From: Candidatus Bathyarchaeia archaeon
GTDB lineage: Archaea > Thermoproteota > Bathyarchaeia > 40CM-2-53-6
DNA: 64,000 nucleotides
NCBI GenBank assembly: GCA_050013255.1
Contig: JBEKFP010000001.1
Span: 1,248,001-1,312,000 of the forward strand
Direction: 5' to 3'
Each line of letters begins with the position of its first letter. Position 1 is the first letter of the stretch. Position numbers and translations under genes: made by a program. Below are positions 40,179-50,352 of this stretch, piece by piece. Below the pieces are notes generated by a model. That model did not search any database and was not told the origin of the DNA. It worked only from the letters and a program-made list of their open reading frames with translations.

Positions 40179-42623
40179 TTGGCAGAAATTAAGAAGCCTG
40201 TAACTGTAATAGACCGCAGGGACTTCCTCAAATTATCAGCGATAACAGGAGTTCTAGCGTATGGCGCACTCTCATCCGACAACATCGTGCTAAACGCCCT
40301 TGAGCGTGTCTCTTCCGAAGTACCATTTCAGAGTAGCAGTAGTCAACCCACCCTCTTCAGAACTGCACATGCAAATAATTGCGATGGATCCTGCGGACTC
40401 ACAGTCACCGTAATCGACGGCAACATGACGAAGATAAGCAACGCCAGCTTCAACAACCCCGACTTTCCACCTAGGATATGCCTCCGAGGACTATCTAACC
40501 TCCAATACGTCTACCACCCTGACCGATTGAAGTACCCCATGCAGAATGTCGGCCCCAGGGGAAGTGGTCAATGGAAACGGATCACGTGGGATGAAGCGAC
40601 GACCATTATCGCGAATAAGTTCAATGAAGTTGCTCAGAAATACGGCCCCACTGCAGTCTACATCGCCCCCTACACGGGTAGCCTTACCGCGCTCAATGGT
40701 GTGATTGGAGCCGGTTACAGGTTTGCAAGCGTGATTGGTGCAAGCGCCGGCGATTTCGAAGGCGACAACGAAGGCGATTCAGCAGGGCCTTGCGGCGCGG
40801 TGGAGGCGCTTGGTAATTTTGACGGCCATGACCTTTCAGACCTGCGCAATTCACGCATGATCATTCTTTGGGGGAACAACCTTGCCGAAACCGACGTACC
40901 CGACATGCGATTTGTACTAGACGCCAAAGAAGCGGGAGGGAAGATAGTCTACATTGACCCTAGGTACACATCTACAGCATCTCTCGCTGACGAATGGATT
41001 TCCATACGGCCAGGAACCGATGGCGCCTTAGCACTCAGCATGATCAACGTGATCATCAGCGAGAACCTGTACAAGGCCGATTACGTAACGAATTACACTG
41101 TTGGTCCTTTTCTTGTGCGCCAAGACACGCAGATGTTCCTCAGGGAGAAGGACGTCGCCGGTGGAGACTCAACCAAGTACATGGTTTATGATTCCAATAG
41201 CAAAACAATTGTTCCGTCCGACAAAGACGGCATAGCGCCCTCACTCACTGGCTCATACAGCGCTGCGAGCACATCCTGCAAGCCCGCTTTTCAGCTGCTC
41301 ATCGATTTGGTGAGTCAGTACCCAACTTCTGAAGCTGAGAAAATAACTGGAGTTGCCGCCGCGGAGATTGAGAGCTTAGCCAAGGAGTTCGCGACGACGT
41401 CCCCAGCAGCAATCAAGGCTGGGTTCGGAGGAATCTCACACTGGTTCTACGGCGACCTGACATACAGGGCCATGATAACCCTCTCCGCCATATGCGGCAA
41501 CATCGGAGTACACGGCGGTGGTGTCACAATTTACAATGGCGCCCTACTGGACGCGGCTCTGGACCTTCCGGATTGGATGAACCCCGACAAGAAGACGTAC
41601 ACATACCTTGCACCCATCTTATTCTGCGATGCAGTACTGAACAGTAAGCCATTCCCAGTGAAAGCAGCGTGGTTCCCTGTGGACAACTTTGTGAACCAAC
41701 AAGCTGACACTAACCGCGTCATCTCCGCCCTTAAGGCGTGTGATTTCGTGGTTGTCTCGGACGTCTTCATGACTGCCACAGCGCAGTACGCGGACATCGT
41801 TCTACCAGTCGCCACACAATACGAACGCGAAGATCTGCTTGCAGGCGGAAACTACTACCTACAATACATGCCAAAAATAATCGATCCCCTGTGGGAAACC
41901 AAAGCTGACCTGGACATGTTCGCCGAAGTCGCCCAGAAGATGGGCCAAGGACAATACTTCGACAAAACTCCTGACGAATACATTAGCCTCCTCCTCAGCG
42001 GACTCCCCTCGGGACTAACGTTGGACACGTTGAAGAGCAAGGGTGTCGTGGCTTTGGCGGACGAAGATTTCTACACTTCCTCATTCCAACCAATCACACA
42101 CCCCTACGTTCCATACTACCAACAACACTTCCCCACACCGTCAGGCAGAATCGAATTCTATGTTGAATCCCTCATCCCCTACAACATGCCGCTACCCATC
42201 TACAAGGAACCAATTGAAGCGTCACCATCCAACTCGCTCTACCAGAAGTACCCTCTCGTAATGATAACATCACACACAAAATTCAGAACCCACACGCAGT
42301 GGAATAACTTGCCTTGGCTACGAGAGATCATCCCAAGGTCCTTCCTCGAAATTCACCCAACCGACGCTCAAGCACGAGGGATCAGTGATGGTGACACTGT
42401 GAACGTGTTTAACGACCGCGGCTCAATCCAACTCATGGCCAGAATCACAAACGGAATCAGACCGGGCGTTGTGAACGCATACCAAGGTGATTGGCAGGAA
42501 TTTCCCACGGCCGCAATCAACATGCTAACGCACCAGAAAGTGAACGAAGCACAATCCGTAGTCTTCCTGTTCCAATCCAATACCGCGTACTATGATATCC
42601 TGGTTGATGTTAAGAAATCATGA
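40179..42623 (+). CDS. Tat-exported molybdopterin oxidoreductase catalytic subunit (DMSO reductase family)
   Basis: DRRDFLK twin-arginine; H-x3-C-x3-C...C; RLKYPM; WG.N..ET; PGTD.ALAL; ADIVLP; TPSGRIE. Confidence 0.93.
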   Translation: MAEIKKPVTVIDRRDFLKLSAITGVLAYGALSSDNIVLNALERVSSEVPFQSSSSQPTLFRTAHANNCDGSCGLTVTVIDGNMTKISNASFNNPDFPPRICLRGLSNLQYVYHPDRLKYPMQNVGPRGSGQWKRITWDEATTIIANKFNEVAQKYGPTAVYIAPYTGSLTALNGVIGAGYRFASVIGASAGDFEGDNEGDSAGPCGAVEALGNFDGHDLSDLRNSRMIILWGNNLAETDVPDMRFVLDAKEAGGKIVYIDPRYTSTASLADEWISIRPGTDGALALSMINVIISENLYKADYVTNYTVGPFLVRQDTQMFLREKDVAGGDSTKYMVYDSNSKTIVPSDKDGIAPSLTGSYSAASTSCKPAFQLLIDLVSQYPTSEAEKITGVAAAEIESLAKEFATTSPAAIKAGFGGISHWFYGDLTYRAMITLSAICGNIGVHGGGVTIYNGALLDAALDLPDWMNPDKKTYTYLAPILFCDAVLNSKPFPVKAAWFPVDNFVNQQADTNRVISALKACDFVVVSDVFMTATAQYADIVLPVATQYEREDLLAGGNYYLQYMPKIIDPLWETKADLDMFAEVAQKMGQGQYFDKTPDEYISLLLSGLPSGLTLDTLKSKGVVALADEDFYTSSFQPITHPYVPYYQQHFPTPSGRIEFYVESLIPYNMPLPIYKEPIEASPSNSLYQKYPLVMITSHTKFRTHTQWNNLPWLREIIPRSFLEIHPTDAQARGISDGDTVNVFNDRGSIQLMARITNGIRPGVVNAYQGDWQEFPTAAINMLTHQKVNEAQSVVFLFQSNTAYYDILVDVKKS

Positions 42624-42635
42624 AGGTGAAATGAG

Positions 42636-43304
42636 TTGACCAAGTTAACCATGATAATTGACCTAAGCAGATGCTTAGGTTGCTGGACTTGTGCCCTCGG
42701 CTGCAAGGAGGAGAACAATGAACCCATCGGAATCTGGTGGAACCGCATCCTAACCAATGGCGGTAAGGAAATCGACACACCATCGGGAACCTACCCAGAC
42801 GTCAGAATGACCTACCTACCCATCAACTGCCAACACTGCGACAATGCCCCCTGCGTCAAAGTATGCCCCGTCGGAGCCCTCCAGAAACGAAATGATGGCA
42901 TCGTGTTCCTCGATTGGGGTACATGCATTGGTTGCCGCTACTGCCTCGTGGCGTGCCCATACGGAATCCCCGCCTTCAACTGGCACCCACCAACACAATC
43001 ACCGCCCAGCTCGCAAGTCAAGATAGGAGCTCCTGAAGTCCCACTCAGACCAGTGGGCGTTGCGGAGAAGTGCACTTTCTGCTTCCACAGAGTTGACAAA
43101 GGCAACCTCACACCGGCATGCATCGAGGTTTGCCCCGCCGGGGCACGCTTCTTCGGAGACCTCGACGACCCCACCAGCCAAGTCTCACAGATAATCCAAT
43201 CAAAGCCGACCATGAGGCTCCGGGAAGAGTTAGGCACAGAGCCTTCAGTGTACTATATTCCACCACGTAATCCTTTGAAGAACTTTGAGGTGACTCAAAC
43301 ATGA
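42636..43304 (+). CDS. 4Fe-4S subunit (DmsB/NrfC-like)
   Basis: CLGCWTC..C, CQHC..PC..VCP, CIGCRYC..CPY, KCTFC. Confidence 0.93.
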   Translation: MTKLTMIIDLSRCLGCWTCALGCKEENNEPIGIWWNRILTNGGKEIDTPSGTYPDVRMTYLPINCQHCDNAPCVKVCPVGALQKRNDGIVFLDWGTCIGCRYCLVACPYGIPAFNWHPPTQSPPSSQVKIGAPEVPLRPVGVAEKCTFCFHRVDKGNLTPACIEVCPAGARFFGDLDDPTSQVSQIIQSKPTMRLREELGTEPSVYYIPPRNPLKNFEVTQT

Positions 43305-44620
43305 AGAAGGGATCTAATATGACTAAGAACGAAGAGAGGATTCTCCAGCCCCTCGTCAAAACCGGGACCGCCTTCTACATCTTTGTAGGCGTTCTGTTGG
43401 TGTTGACGGGATGGTTCCTGTACTGCTGGTACACGCAAGTTAGCGAGGGACTTGTAGTAACGGGAATGCGTAGCGTCTACAATGCGCCCAACTACATGGG
43501 ATACAATATTTCCGGCGGTTCTCCCTGGGGAATCTACGTTACAAACTTCATCTTCTGGATAGGCATCAGCCACGCTGGAATCGCCATCTCAGCCTCAGTC
43601 AGGCTGATGAACCTGAACAAGTACAAAGTCGTAGCAAGAATGGCTGAAGTCCTGACCTTGGTAGCGTTGCCCATGGCGGCGCTCTCAATAGTCTTCGATG
43701 TCGGACGGCCAGATCGACTATTCAACCTCCTATCGGTGGGCAGATTCCAAGCACCCCTACTATGGGACCTTTCTGCAATTACAACATACTTCATGGGAAC
43801 GATCATCTACCTCTACCTCAGCCTCCGAGGCGACATTGACAAACTAGCCAGCAGACTGCCAAAGCGAGAAAAGTTCTACAGACGCCTCGCGATGCACTAC
43901 GAGGGAACAGCGACTGAGAAAGAAATACACACAAAGACCCTGTGGTGGCTTGCAGTGGCGATCGTTCCAATCATGGTCACCGTCCACAGCGTAGTCTCAT
44001 TTGTCTTCGGCCTTATGGTGGCAAGAGCCAGCTGGTACTCAACAATATTCGCAATCTACTTCGTCGTCGGCGCAATCGTCAGCGGTGTCGCCGCCGTTTA
44101 CTCGTTGGCCTGGATACTTAGGTGGCTCTACAAATGGCAGACATTCGTTACGGATGAAGTTTTGAAGGGAATCTCGTGGGCTCTTCGAAACGTGCTAATC
44201 ATATACATCTACCTCTGGATTGCAGAAGAACTCACGACAAGATACCAAGGCCCTGCCGCCGAGTTGAGGGTATCAGACTTCCTCTGGAGTGGACCCTACG
44301 CACCAATTTTCTGGCCTTTGGCAATCATTGGGTTCGGTATTCCCGCAATAATACTACTCGCGCCAGTCTTCAAGAAACGGGCGTTCAATCCGGCTCTAAT
44401 CTTTGCAGCCTCAATAATTCTGAACGTGGCCCTATGGGTTAAGAGATTCACAATAGTGGTACCCTCCCTACTCAACCCGCCACTCTACTCCACTGGGATC
44501 TACATCCCCACTGTGACCGAAGTGTCCATCATGCTGGGAACGTTTTGGATGGCAACTCTGTTGTACTTGGCTTTCCTGAAGCTATTCCCAATCATCGAAT
44601 TAGACGTGGTGGAGGCATAG
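43301..44620 (+). CDS. NrfD/PsrC family membrane anchor
   Basis: WG.Y..NF.FWIGI.HAG, D.GRP.R, PL.WD, VHS. Confidence 0.9.
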   Translation: MKKGSNMTKNEERILQPLVKTGTAFYIFVGVLLVLTGWFLYCWYTQVSEGLVVTGMRSVYNAPNYMGYNISGGSPWGIYVTNFIFWIGISHAGIAISASVRLMNLNKYKVVARMAEVLTLVALPMAALSIVFDVGRPDRLFNLLSVGRFQAPLLWDLSAITTYFMGTIIYLYLSLRGDIDKLASRLPKREKFYRRLAMHYEGTATEKEIHTKTLWWLAVAIVPIMVTVHSVVSFVFGLMVARASWYSTIFAIYFVVGAIVSGVAAVYSLAWILRWLYKWQTFVTDEVLKGISWALRNVLIIYIYLWIAEELTTRYQGPAAELRVSDFLWSGPYAPIFWPLAIIGFGIPAIILLAPVFKKRAFNPALIFAASIILNVALWVKRFTIVVPSLLNPPLYSTGIYIPTVTEVSIMLGTFWMATLLYLAFLKLFPIIELDVVEA

Positions 44621-44624
44621 AACA

Positions 44625-44921
44625 ATGACAAACATCAAGGCCGTTTCGGTTGCGTTGCTCGGGCTTCTCTTGATCGTGTTGGGCGTAGGATTCTGGGTGT
44701 TAGGTGACGCTACAAGCTCTGTCGTTACGCTACCTTTGGCTAGCACAGGTGCGCATTGGGCTCCGTTGATTTGGTTGCTTGGAATTATCGTGCTGCTTTC
44801 AGCGGCCTTCGCGAACACAATGCAAGTCAAGCACTACTTTGTTTGGCTACTTGTACTGGTCGTCGGTTACCTGGCCGTGTTCGTCGTACTGGTTGGTGTA
44901 ACCTCAGTAATCATCCCATAA
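44625..44921 (+). CDS. Small three-TM protein in the oxidoreductase operon
   Basis: Three hydrophobic segments; 4 bp after the NrfD stop. Confidence 0.65.
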   Translation: MTNIKAVSVALLGLLLIVLGVGFWVLGDATSSVVTLPLASTGAHWAPLIWLLGIIVLLSAAFANTMQVKHYFVWLLVLVVGYLAVFVVLVGVTSVIIP

Positions 44922-44985
44922 ACCTTCAAAACCCCTCTCACACTACCCCCCCTTCCAACGGGCAACGTGGCTAGAGGCGAGACTA

Positions 44986-45648
44986 ATGCCTAGCTCCATC
45001 GACTCCAATGCTAATGCGAAAGCTAACTTCAGGACCAATGTATACGGGATCCTCGCCCTAGCGTTCTCTCCCCCCCAATCCGAAGCCAAGAATCTTTACG
45101 CAGCAATCTTAGACGCACATTCATCTCTCCGCTCGCCTGAGGATACTGCAGCTCCAGACGTGAACTTCCCGGAAGATACAACGTCCACCGACCTGGGCAG
45201 AGAACACCTGAGGCTATTTGTGGGCCCAGGCCACATTCAATGCCCCCCATATGAGGCGGTTTACCGAAAAGACAGGCCGGGTATGGAAAAGGGGCTTCTG
45301 ATGGGCCCATCAACGGCCGATGTGCGCCGAAGATACGCCGAAGCCCACCTCGCTATGTCTAAGAAATTCACTGACCTACCAGACCACATAACCGTCGAAA
45401 TGGAATTCATGCATTTCCTATGCGGTGAAGAATCAAAGTTCGCAGAACAGGGGAACCCTCAAGAATCGGTGAAAATGAGGAGGTTTCAAAAGGAATTCCT
45501 TAACCAACATCTCAAACCATGGGTGAAAGATTTCGCTGACTGCGTCTTACGATCAGCCAATTCATCCTTCTACAAAGCGGCTGCAAGCCTGCTGAAAACA
45601 TTCATTGAAAGCGAGTCCGAAAACTTCCTGGAAAGCGACACGCAATGA
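44986..45648 (+). CDS. TorD/DmsD family chaperone
   Basis: LFVGP, PPYE.VY, PDHI..E.EFM, FL..HL..W. Confidence 0.9.
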   Translation: MPSSIDSNANAKANFRTNVYGILALAFSPPQSEAKNLYAAILDAHSSLRSPEDTAAPDVNFPEDTTSTDLGREHLRLFVGPGHIQCPPYEAVYRKDRPGMEKGLLMGPSTADVRRRYAEAHLAMSKKFTDLPDHITVEMEFMHFLCGEESKFAEQGNPQESVKMRRFQKEFLNQHLKPWVKDFADCVLRSANSSFYKAAASLLKTFIESESENFLESDTQ

Positions 45649-47048
45649 GAGTCACAGTTCACCTAAACAACCTGGACCCGGAACTCAGAGAAAAAGTCAC
45701 GACACACATCCACAATAACTGGAGCAAAGCCACAATCACCAATGAAACAAACGCTAATTTCCGGAAGAGAAATGAGGCGACACTAGTCATCAGCGGTGAG
45801 GGGTTCCCAGCCGTGGACACAGCGGCTCCACTCCACGACACAATCATAGTGCGAAGCTCAGCTTCAACCGAACAGATTCTTTTCCTGGTAGATGCGAAGC
45901 TCGGCAGGCTCACGAACTCAGACATTGTAAACGCAAAGCAGAGCACCTCGCCGAAGCCCACAATATCAAGGAGAGAATTCCTACTTGGACCATTTAGCAG
46001 ATCTCCCCACCCCCAAAACCTGCCCGTGGTGGCAAGCGATTCATGTGAAGCGAAGTTCGGTTGTTCCAAATGCGTTGACGCATGCCCGGCACTGGGTGCG
46101 TTGAGAATCGAGAATGACTCAGTTATTGTGTCGAGTGAACACTGCATTGAGTGCGGAATATGCGCAGGCGTTTGCCCGGTCGCGGCTATTCAGATGCCCA
46201 ACTTCTCGGACGACGCCTACCGCGGCCTCTTGAAAGCCGTGCACGGCTCATCGGCCCCAAAGAAGACAGTAGTGATCACCTGCAACAAATCAAGCGTACC
46301 CCAACAGCCATGGATGGACGTGGAGGAGGTGCGTGGAATTGGTTGCATGGGTGTTAGGCAACTCGCAATGGCCGCTGGCTCGTCGATTGGTGCACTGCTT
46401 GTTTACTGCCCTGACGGACTGTGCGCGGGCAAAGAGAACCCGAAACGAGCAGCGAACCTCATCTCCTTGATTGTAGGTGAGAATGGCCCGATAGTTGCTT
46501 ACTTAGAGGGGAGCGCGGGCACCCTTCAAATGAACCAGATTCACGAGTCAGCTCGGGCGCATGACAGACCATTAACCCCAGCTGGGGCTCCGTGGAAAGA
46601 CTACGTGAAATCTCTCAAATCCATTTCGAGACCGGAAGCTCACGTAAAGGGGTTTGGCCTCACGCAGATGGAGGTGGCTGACTCATGCACGCTCTGCTAC
46701 GCATGCGTGGAATCCTGCCCCCACCAAGGAGCACTCGCAATCCAAGAGGACAAACTAATCTTCGGGCCGGAGGAATGCACTGGGTGTGGTTACTGCGAGC
46801 AAATCTGCCCTGAACGCTCGATAACCCTCTCTGAAATGGTTGGGCCGATGAACCTGCCAGCACGAACTGTCTACAGGGATGAAATGATGAGATGTGCGAA
46901 GTGCAACACCCCCTACGTTTCAGCAAAAATGTTCAAGAAGGTTTCGGAAACCCTTCAGAGCGACGAAAGTACCCTGAGGCTCTGCCAGAGTTGCAGACAG
47001 AAAGAAACATACGATAAGATACTTGGAAGCATTCGCGGACCCGCGTAG
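45645..47048 (+). CDS. Polyferredoxin-like 4Fe-4S protein
   Basis: Multiple CxxCxxCxxxCP motifs. Confidence 0.85.
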   Translation: MRVTVHLNNLDPELREKVTTHIHNNWSKATITNETNANFRKRNEATLVISGEGFPAVDTAAPLHDTIIVRSSASTEQILFLVDAKLGRLTNSDIVNAKQSTSPKPTISRREFLLGPFSRSPHPQNLPVVASDSCEAKFGCSKCVDACPALGALRIENDSVIVSSEHCIECGICAGVCPVAAIQMPNFSDDAYRGLLKAVHGSSAPKKTVVITCNKSSVPQQPWMDVEEVRGIGCMGVRQLAMAAGSSIGALLVYCPDGLCAGKENPKRAANLISLIVGENGPIVAYLEGSAGTLQMNQIHESARAHDRPLTPAGAPWKDYVKSLKSISRPEAHVKGFGLTQMEVADSCTLCYACVESCPHQGALAIQEDKLIFGPEECTGCGYCEQICPERSITLSEMVGPMNLPARTVYRDEMMRCAKCNTPYVSAKMFKKVSETLQSDESTLRLCQSCRQKETYDKILGSIRGPA

Positions 47049-47101
47049 CGAAACCCGCTATGCCATCACATTCAGAGATTTCACAATTGGAGGCTACTGG
47101 C

Positions 47102-48295
47102 CTAAATGAGAATAGCTGCCAGAGCAATGACACCAGACGCCACAACAAGCACTAGACTGACCCAGTACGCAGCACTCCACCCCAAACCAGACGATAACTT
47201 CCCCATAACCCGTTTCTTCCTCGTGATCAATCCAACCATTGCGCCCGGTCCGATGAGAACGAAAACGAACAGAACCATCATACCGATTGCTAGATGGAAC
47301 AAATCCGGGAAGAGCATGGGAACAAAAAGAGCTGGAAGAGATTCAATCAAATAAATCCAGAAGAACTTCTGCCTACCCCAACCTATCGCCTCAGCCACAC
47401 CCCAGGCACTACCTAGAGAAACAACAACAAGGGCCAAGAACGAAGCTGCTATCAAGCCTATGCCAAAAAGATACGGAGCGTAGGACCCGGCAAGAAAAGA
47501 CAACGCCTGCGAAAGCTGCTTAGGTGAACTCGTTTCGATCAAGACGCCGTTCAAACCAATTGTAGCCAACAATATCACGACCATTCCAACTTCACTCGCT
47601 ATGGCGCCCACCAAAGTCTCAAGGCGAGAACTCCATACGCTCTTAACCCGCTTCTCAGCCGTAGCCGCAGCCTGGTAAAATAGCATGAAAGGCATTACCA
47701 CAGCCCCCGCAGTCGCCGCCAATAAGTAAAGGAACCCCGGCTTCCAACTCCAGAAAAAGAACATGTACTCACGAACGGGAGGCAATCCCCTAAGAAATAG
47801 CGAACCACCGTACGAAACGATGAGAACAACAGAGAAAACGACCAGGAACCTTTCCACGGTCGTGTACCCTCTCTTCCAAACAATAGCGAGGTAAACCACG
47901 TAGATCACGGGTAGGGAGAGAATTGGTGCAATTCCCAGAAGTTGAAAACCTATGGCGATTCCCGTAAACTCAGCAACATAACTAAGAATGTCCGTACACG
48001 CCATTGGAACACTCGTCAGCAAGGCGATTCTCCGAGAATAATTCTCCCTGATAATCTCACCCAACCCCTTACCCGTTGCGACCCCGATTCTTCCAGCAGC
48101 CTCCTGGATGAAGAACAATGGTACAACCAAAAGGAGCAGAAACCAGACAAGCGAGTACCCGTACAGGGCTCCATCAGCGGCCGCAGTCAATATGCTTGCA
48201 GCATCCACGTCTGCAATCATCACAACCCAAGCGGGACCGAATGAATGGACAAACGTCCGCCACCTGCCTAGTCCAAAGATGTCTCGCCTTTCCAT
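47102..48295 (-). CDS. NRAMP family divalent metal transporter
   Basis: GPAW.VM.AD.DA, QE...R.G..TGKG, GA..MP.M.FYQ. Confidence 0.88.
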   Translation of the reverse strand: MERRDIFGLGRWRTFVHSFGPAWVVMIADVDAASILTAAADGALYGYSLVWFLLLLVVPLFFIQEAAGRIGVATGKGLGEIIRENYSRRIALLTSVPMACTDILSYVAEFTGIAIGFQLLGIAPILSLPVIYVVYLAIVWKRGYTTVERFLVVFSVVLIVSYGGSLFLRGLPPVREYMFFFWSWKPGFLYLLAATAGAVVMPFMLFYQAAATAEKRVKSVWSSRLETLVGAIASEVGMVVILLATIGLNGVLIETSSPKQLSQALSFLAGSYAPYLFGIGLIAASFLALVVVSLGSAWGVAEAIGWGRQKFFWIYLIESLPALFVPMLFPDLFHLAIGMMVLFVFVLIGPGAMVGLITRKKRVMGKLSSGLGWSAAYWVSLVLVVASGVIALAAILI

Positions 48296-48421
48296 GTGGT
48301 CATTCAGTCCTAATCCAATCAGCCGCTTGCGAAATCTACCATTTGAACTCTTTCTTGTTGTGAATGAATTTGCGACCGTGCACTTGTCCGCTTCGATGGT
48401 GACAAGATTGTTGAGATGTGG

Positions 48422-48447
48422 GACCTTTAGTTACGACCTTTAGTTAC
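48422..48447. repeat. 13-bp tandem duplication GACCTTTAGTTAC x2
   Basis: Directly visible at the left edge of the accessory island. Confidence 0.8.
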
Positions 48448-48459
48448 GCTCTGCTCTCG

Positions 48460-48900
48460 TCAATCCCCGCGTCGCGATCGTGAAACGGCGACCGCAGGTG
48501 TCAGGACTTGAACGCCCAGGCGCAAGAGTTCCCTGGATTTGAAATGTTTCTTGTTGTAGGTGATGATTGTTGACGGCGACCTCGCTAGGGCTAACGCTGC
48601 AAACGGCGCATCTGTCTCATCCCGCACTAATTTCAGCGCTCCTTTGAGGCTGCTATTGTAGCCCGAAAGTGGGACGAATTCAACGTTCTCCAAGAGACGG
48701 TCCAAAGCTTCTTCAAGCTGCTGGTGCGTAAGACCTGCCTTGGCAGATATTTCTTTGCTATGAGCCCTGAGCTCTTCGGATAATTCAGCTGGAGCTACGA
48801 CTTCGCAATTGTCCGTATGGAGTAGAATCGCAAGGCTGGTTCTTGTGATTCCTTCCGTGCTTACCAGAGAAGACATCAAAACGTTGGTGTCGAGAATCAG
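48460..48900 (-). CDS. PIN-domain (VapC-like) toxin
   Basis: Frame extends upstream to ILDTNVL; D..D.PF.ALAL and T.N..HF; overlaps the antitoxin stop. Confidence 0.85.
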   Translation of the reverse strand: MILDTNVLMSSLVSTEGITRTSLAILLHTDNCEVVAPAELSEELRAHSKEISAKAGLTHQQLEEALDRLLENVEFVPLSGYNSSLKGALKLVRDETDAPFAALALARSPSTIITYNKKHFKSRELLRLGVQVLTPAVAVSRSRRGD

Positions 48901-49130
48901 TGTTTGTATGGGCTAAGCCTCTTCCAGGCCGCGATCTTGATTTCGCGGGAGAGCTTGTCAGCTTCTTTCTTGCTTAGTTTGGATGAGGACGCTAAGACCT
49001 CCAGCACAGCGAAACTTCTCAAGAGGGCGCCCATTTTCTCACGAGAGATGCCGCTGCGCTCTGCAAGTTCAAGAATCTCGGCTGGGATTTCCACGGGAAC
49101 GGTTTCCGTGACCATGGTTCCACACGACAT
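48897..49130 (-). CDS. Probable antitoxin partner of the PIN protein
   Basis: Small ORF overlapping the PIN start; SKLS..EA..L...IK...WKR pattern. Confidence 0.65.
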   Translation of the reverse strand: MSCGTMVTETVPVEIPAEILELAERSGISREKMGALLRSFAVLEVLASSSKLSKKEADKLSREIKIAAWKRLSPYKH

Positions 49131-49303
49131 TGCATATCTTGACCATTTGAAAAAGGTTCCCAGGCGCCAGCTTCAATCACCCGACGCGACCCCGCTATTC
49201 ATTGCGTAGCCTGAGCCGTAGCTGGATCGAATCGGCCGGATTATCAGAGCATTTTCGATAATACTTCCTCGTACTCTTTCTCGAGTGTCTGTGCCGTGCG
49301 GTG

Positions 49304-49340
49304 GCGTGCGCGCACGCTTGGAGGGACCCCCCAGGGGGGT
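49304..49340. other. Palindrome pair (GCGTGCGCGCACGC; ACCCCCCAGGGGGGT), candidate cos/pac region
   Basis: Two perfect dyads about 600 bp upstream of terS; function inferred. Confidence 0.4.
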
Positions 49341-49536
49341 GGTGCATCTTCTGGGGTCAGGAGGGGTTGATTTTGCGGTTTCCCTGGGACGTGAGTAATA
49401 TGGGGCTGAGCGGACGGATGGATTCTCGAGGTGTGGCGCACGCGAATTGCCTGGTCCCGTTTTGAGGTGGGTGAGTGTTTCAGCTACCTCCCTACCCGTA
49501 CGCGTGGCGGCAAACGTCAATTCTCCTTGACGAGGC

Positions 49537-49920
49537 ATGCGACGCGGGTGTGTGAAGGAATCGGCCGAGCAAACGAGCGACGAGGCTACGACGGGGAAGG
49601 CGAAGCTGAGGATTGGGTTGTCTGCCGATGAGCATGCTGAACTGCGGAGAGCGGCCAGCGAAAGCGAGTTCCCGAACATGGCGCTTCTTGTTTTTCAGGC
49701 AATTCACGCGGGGCTTGAGGGTGACGAGGTCGTCGGTGTGCAGAGGAAGCACACGAAGAGCGTTACCATCCACATTTCTAGAGAGTTCAAGCAGAAAATT
49801 CGGGCGAGAGCACGCATGTACCGGGTGACCCAGCAAGCACTCCTCCACAGCCTACTCTTCCAATACATACGCAACAGACCATGGCTGAGGACGCAAGCAG
49901 AGAAGACGGAGGTGGCCTGA
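49537..49920 (+). CDS. Putative ribbon-helix-helix-like DNA-binding protein
   Basis: Two beta-helix-helix-like units (LRIGLS.DEH..L; SVTIHIS.EF..KI...A); abuts terS. Confidence 0.5.
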   Translation: MRRGCVKESAEQTSDEATTGKAKLRIGLSADEHAELRRAASESEFPNMALLVFQAIHAGLEGDEVVGVQRKHTKSVTIHISREFKQKIRARARMYRVTQQALLHSLLFQYIRNRPWLRTQAEKTEVA

Positions 49921-49922
49921 AA

Positions 49923-50327
49923 ATGAAGAGCGAGACAGAACGAGACGGCAAGCCAACGGTCCACAAGGTGCCACTGATCACCGAGAAGGACGCGAAGGAG
50001 TACGAAGCCGTTAAGGCTGGCTTAATCGGCGAGTTGAAGAAACTGGGAAGCTACGAACCGGAAGTAGACGACCTACAAATCGACGCCATCGCCCGAGCCA
50101 CAATATACATGAAAAACCTGGAAAAACTCCTCGACTCTGAAAAGGCGAATCCTGAAACCTACAGCCGCGTCACAGACGCCCAAGCCAAACTGAGAAAGAT
50201 CATAGAAGGCGCCTTCCATGAACTCGCCGTCACACGCAGAGAAAGAATCGCGAACCAGGCCGGCAAAGCCGGGGAAGAGGAGTTGGCGAAGCTTATCCTA
50301 GAGGCGCTGAAAAATAAGCCAAAGTGA
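49923..50327 (+). CDS. terS: Terminase small subunit (P27-like)
   Basis: Immediately upstream of TerL; L..LG.Y....D and ELAVTRRER resemble the P27-type TerS pattern. Confidence 0.6.
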   Translation: MKSETERDGKPTVHKVPLITEKDAKEYEAVKAGLIGELKKLGSYEPEVDDLQIDAIARATIYMKNLEKLLDSEKANPETYSRVTDAQAKLRKIIEGAFHELAVTRRERIANQAGKAGEEELAKLILEALKNKPK

Positions 50328-50352
50328 GCCCTTAAAAAAATATGCGCAATAC

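Noticed and set aside
49173-49679. Minus-strand ORFs spanning the palindromic region
   Set aside because: Pro/Arg/Thr-rich translations reflect the GC-skewed sequence and partly overlap the RHH-like gene.
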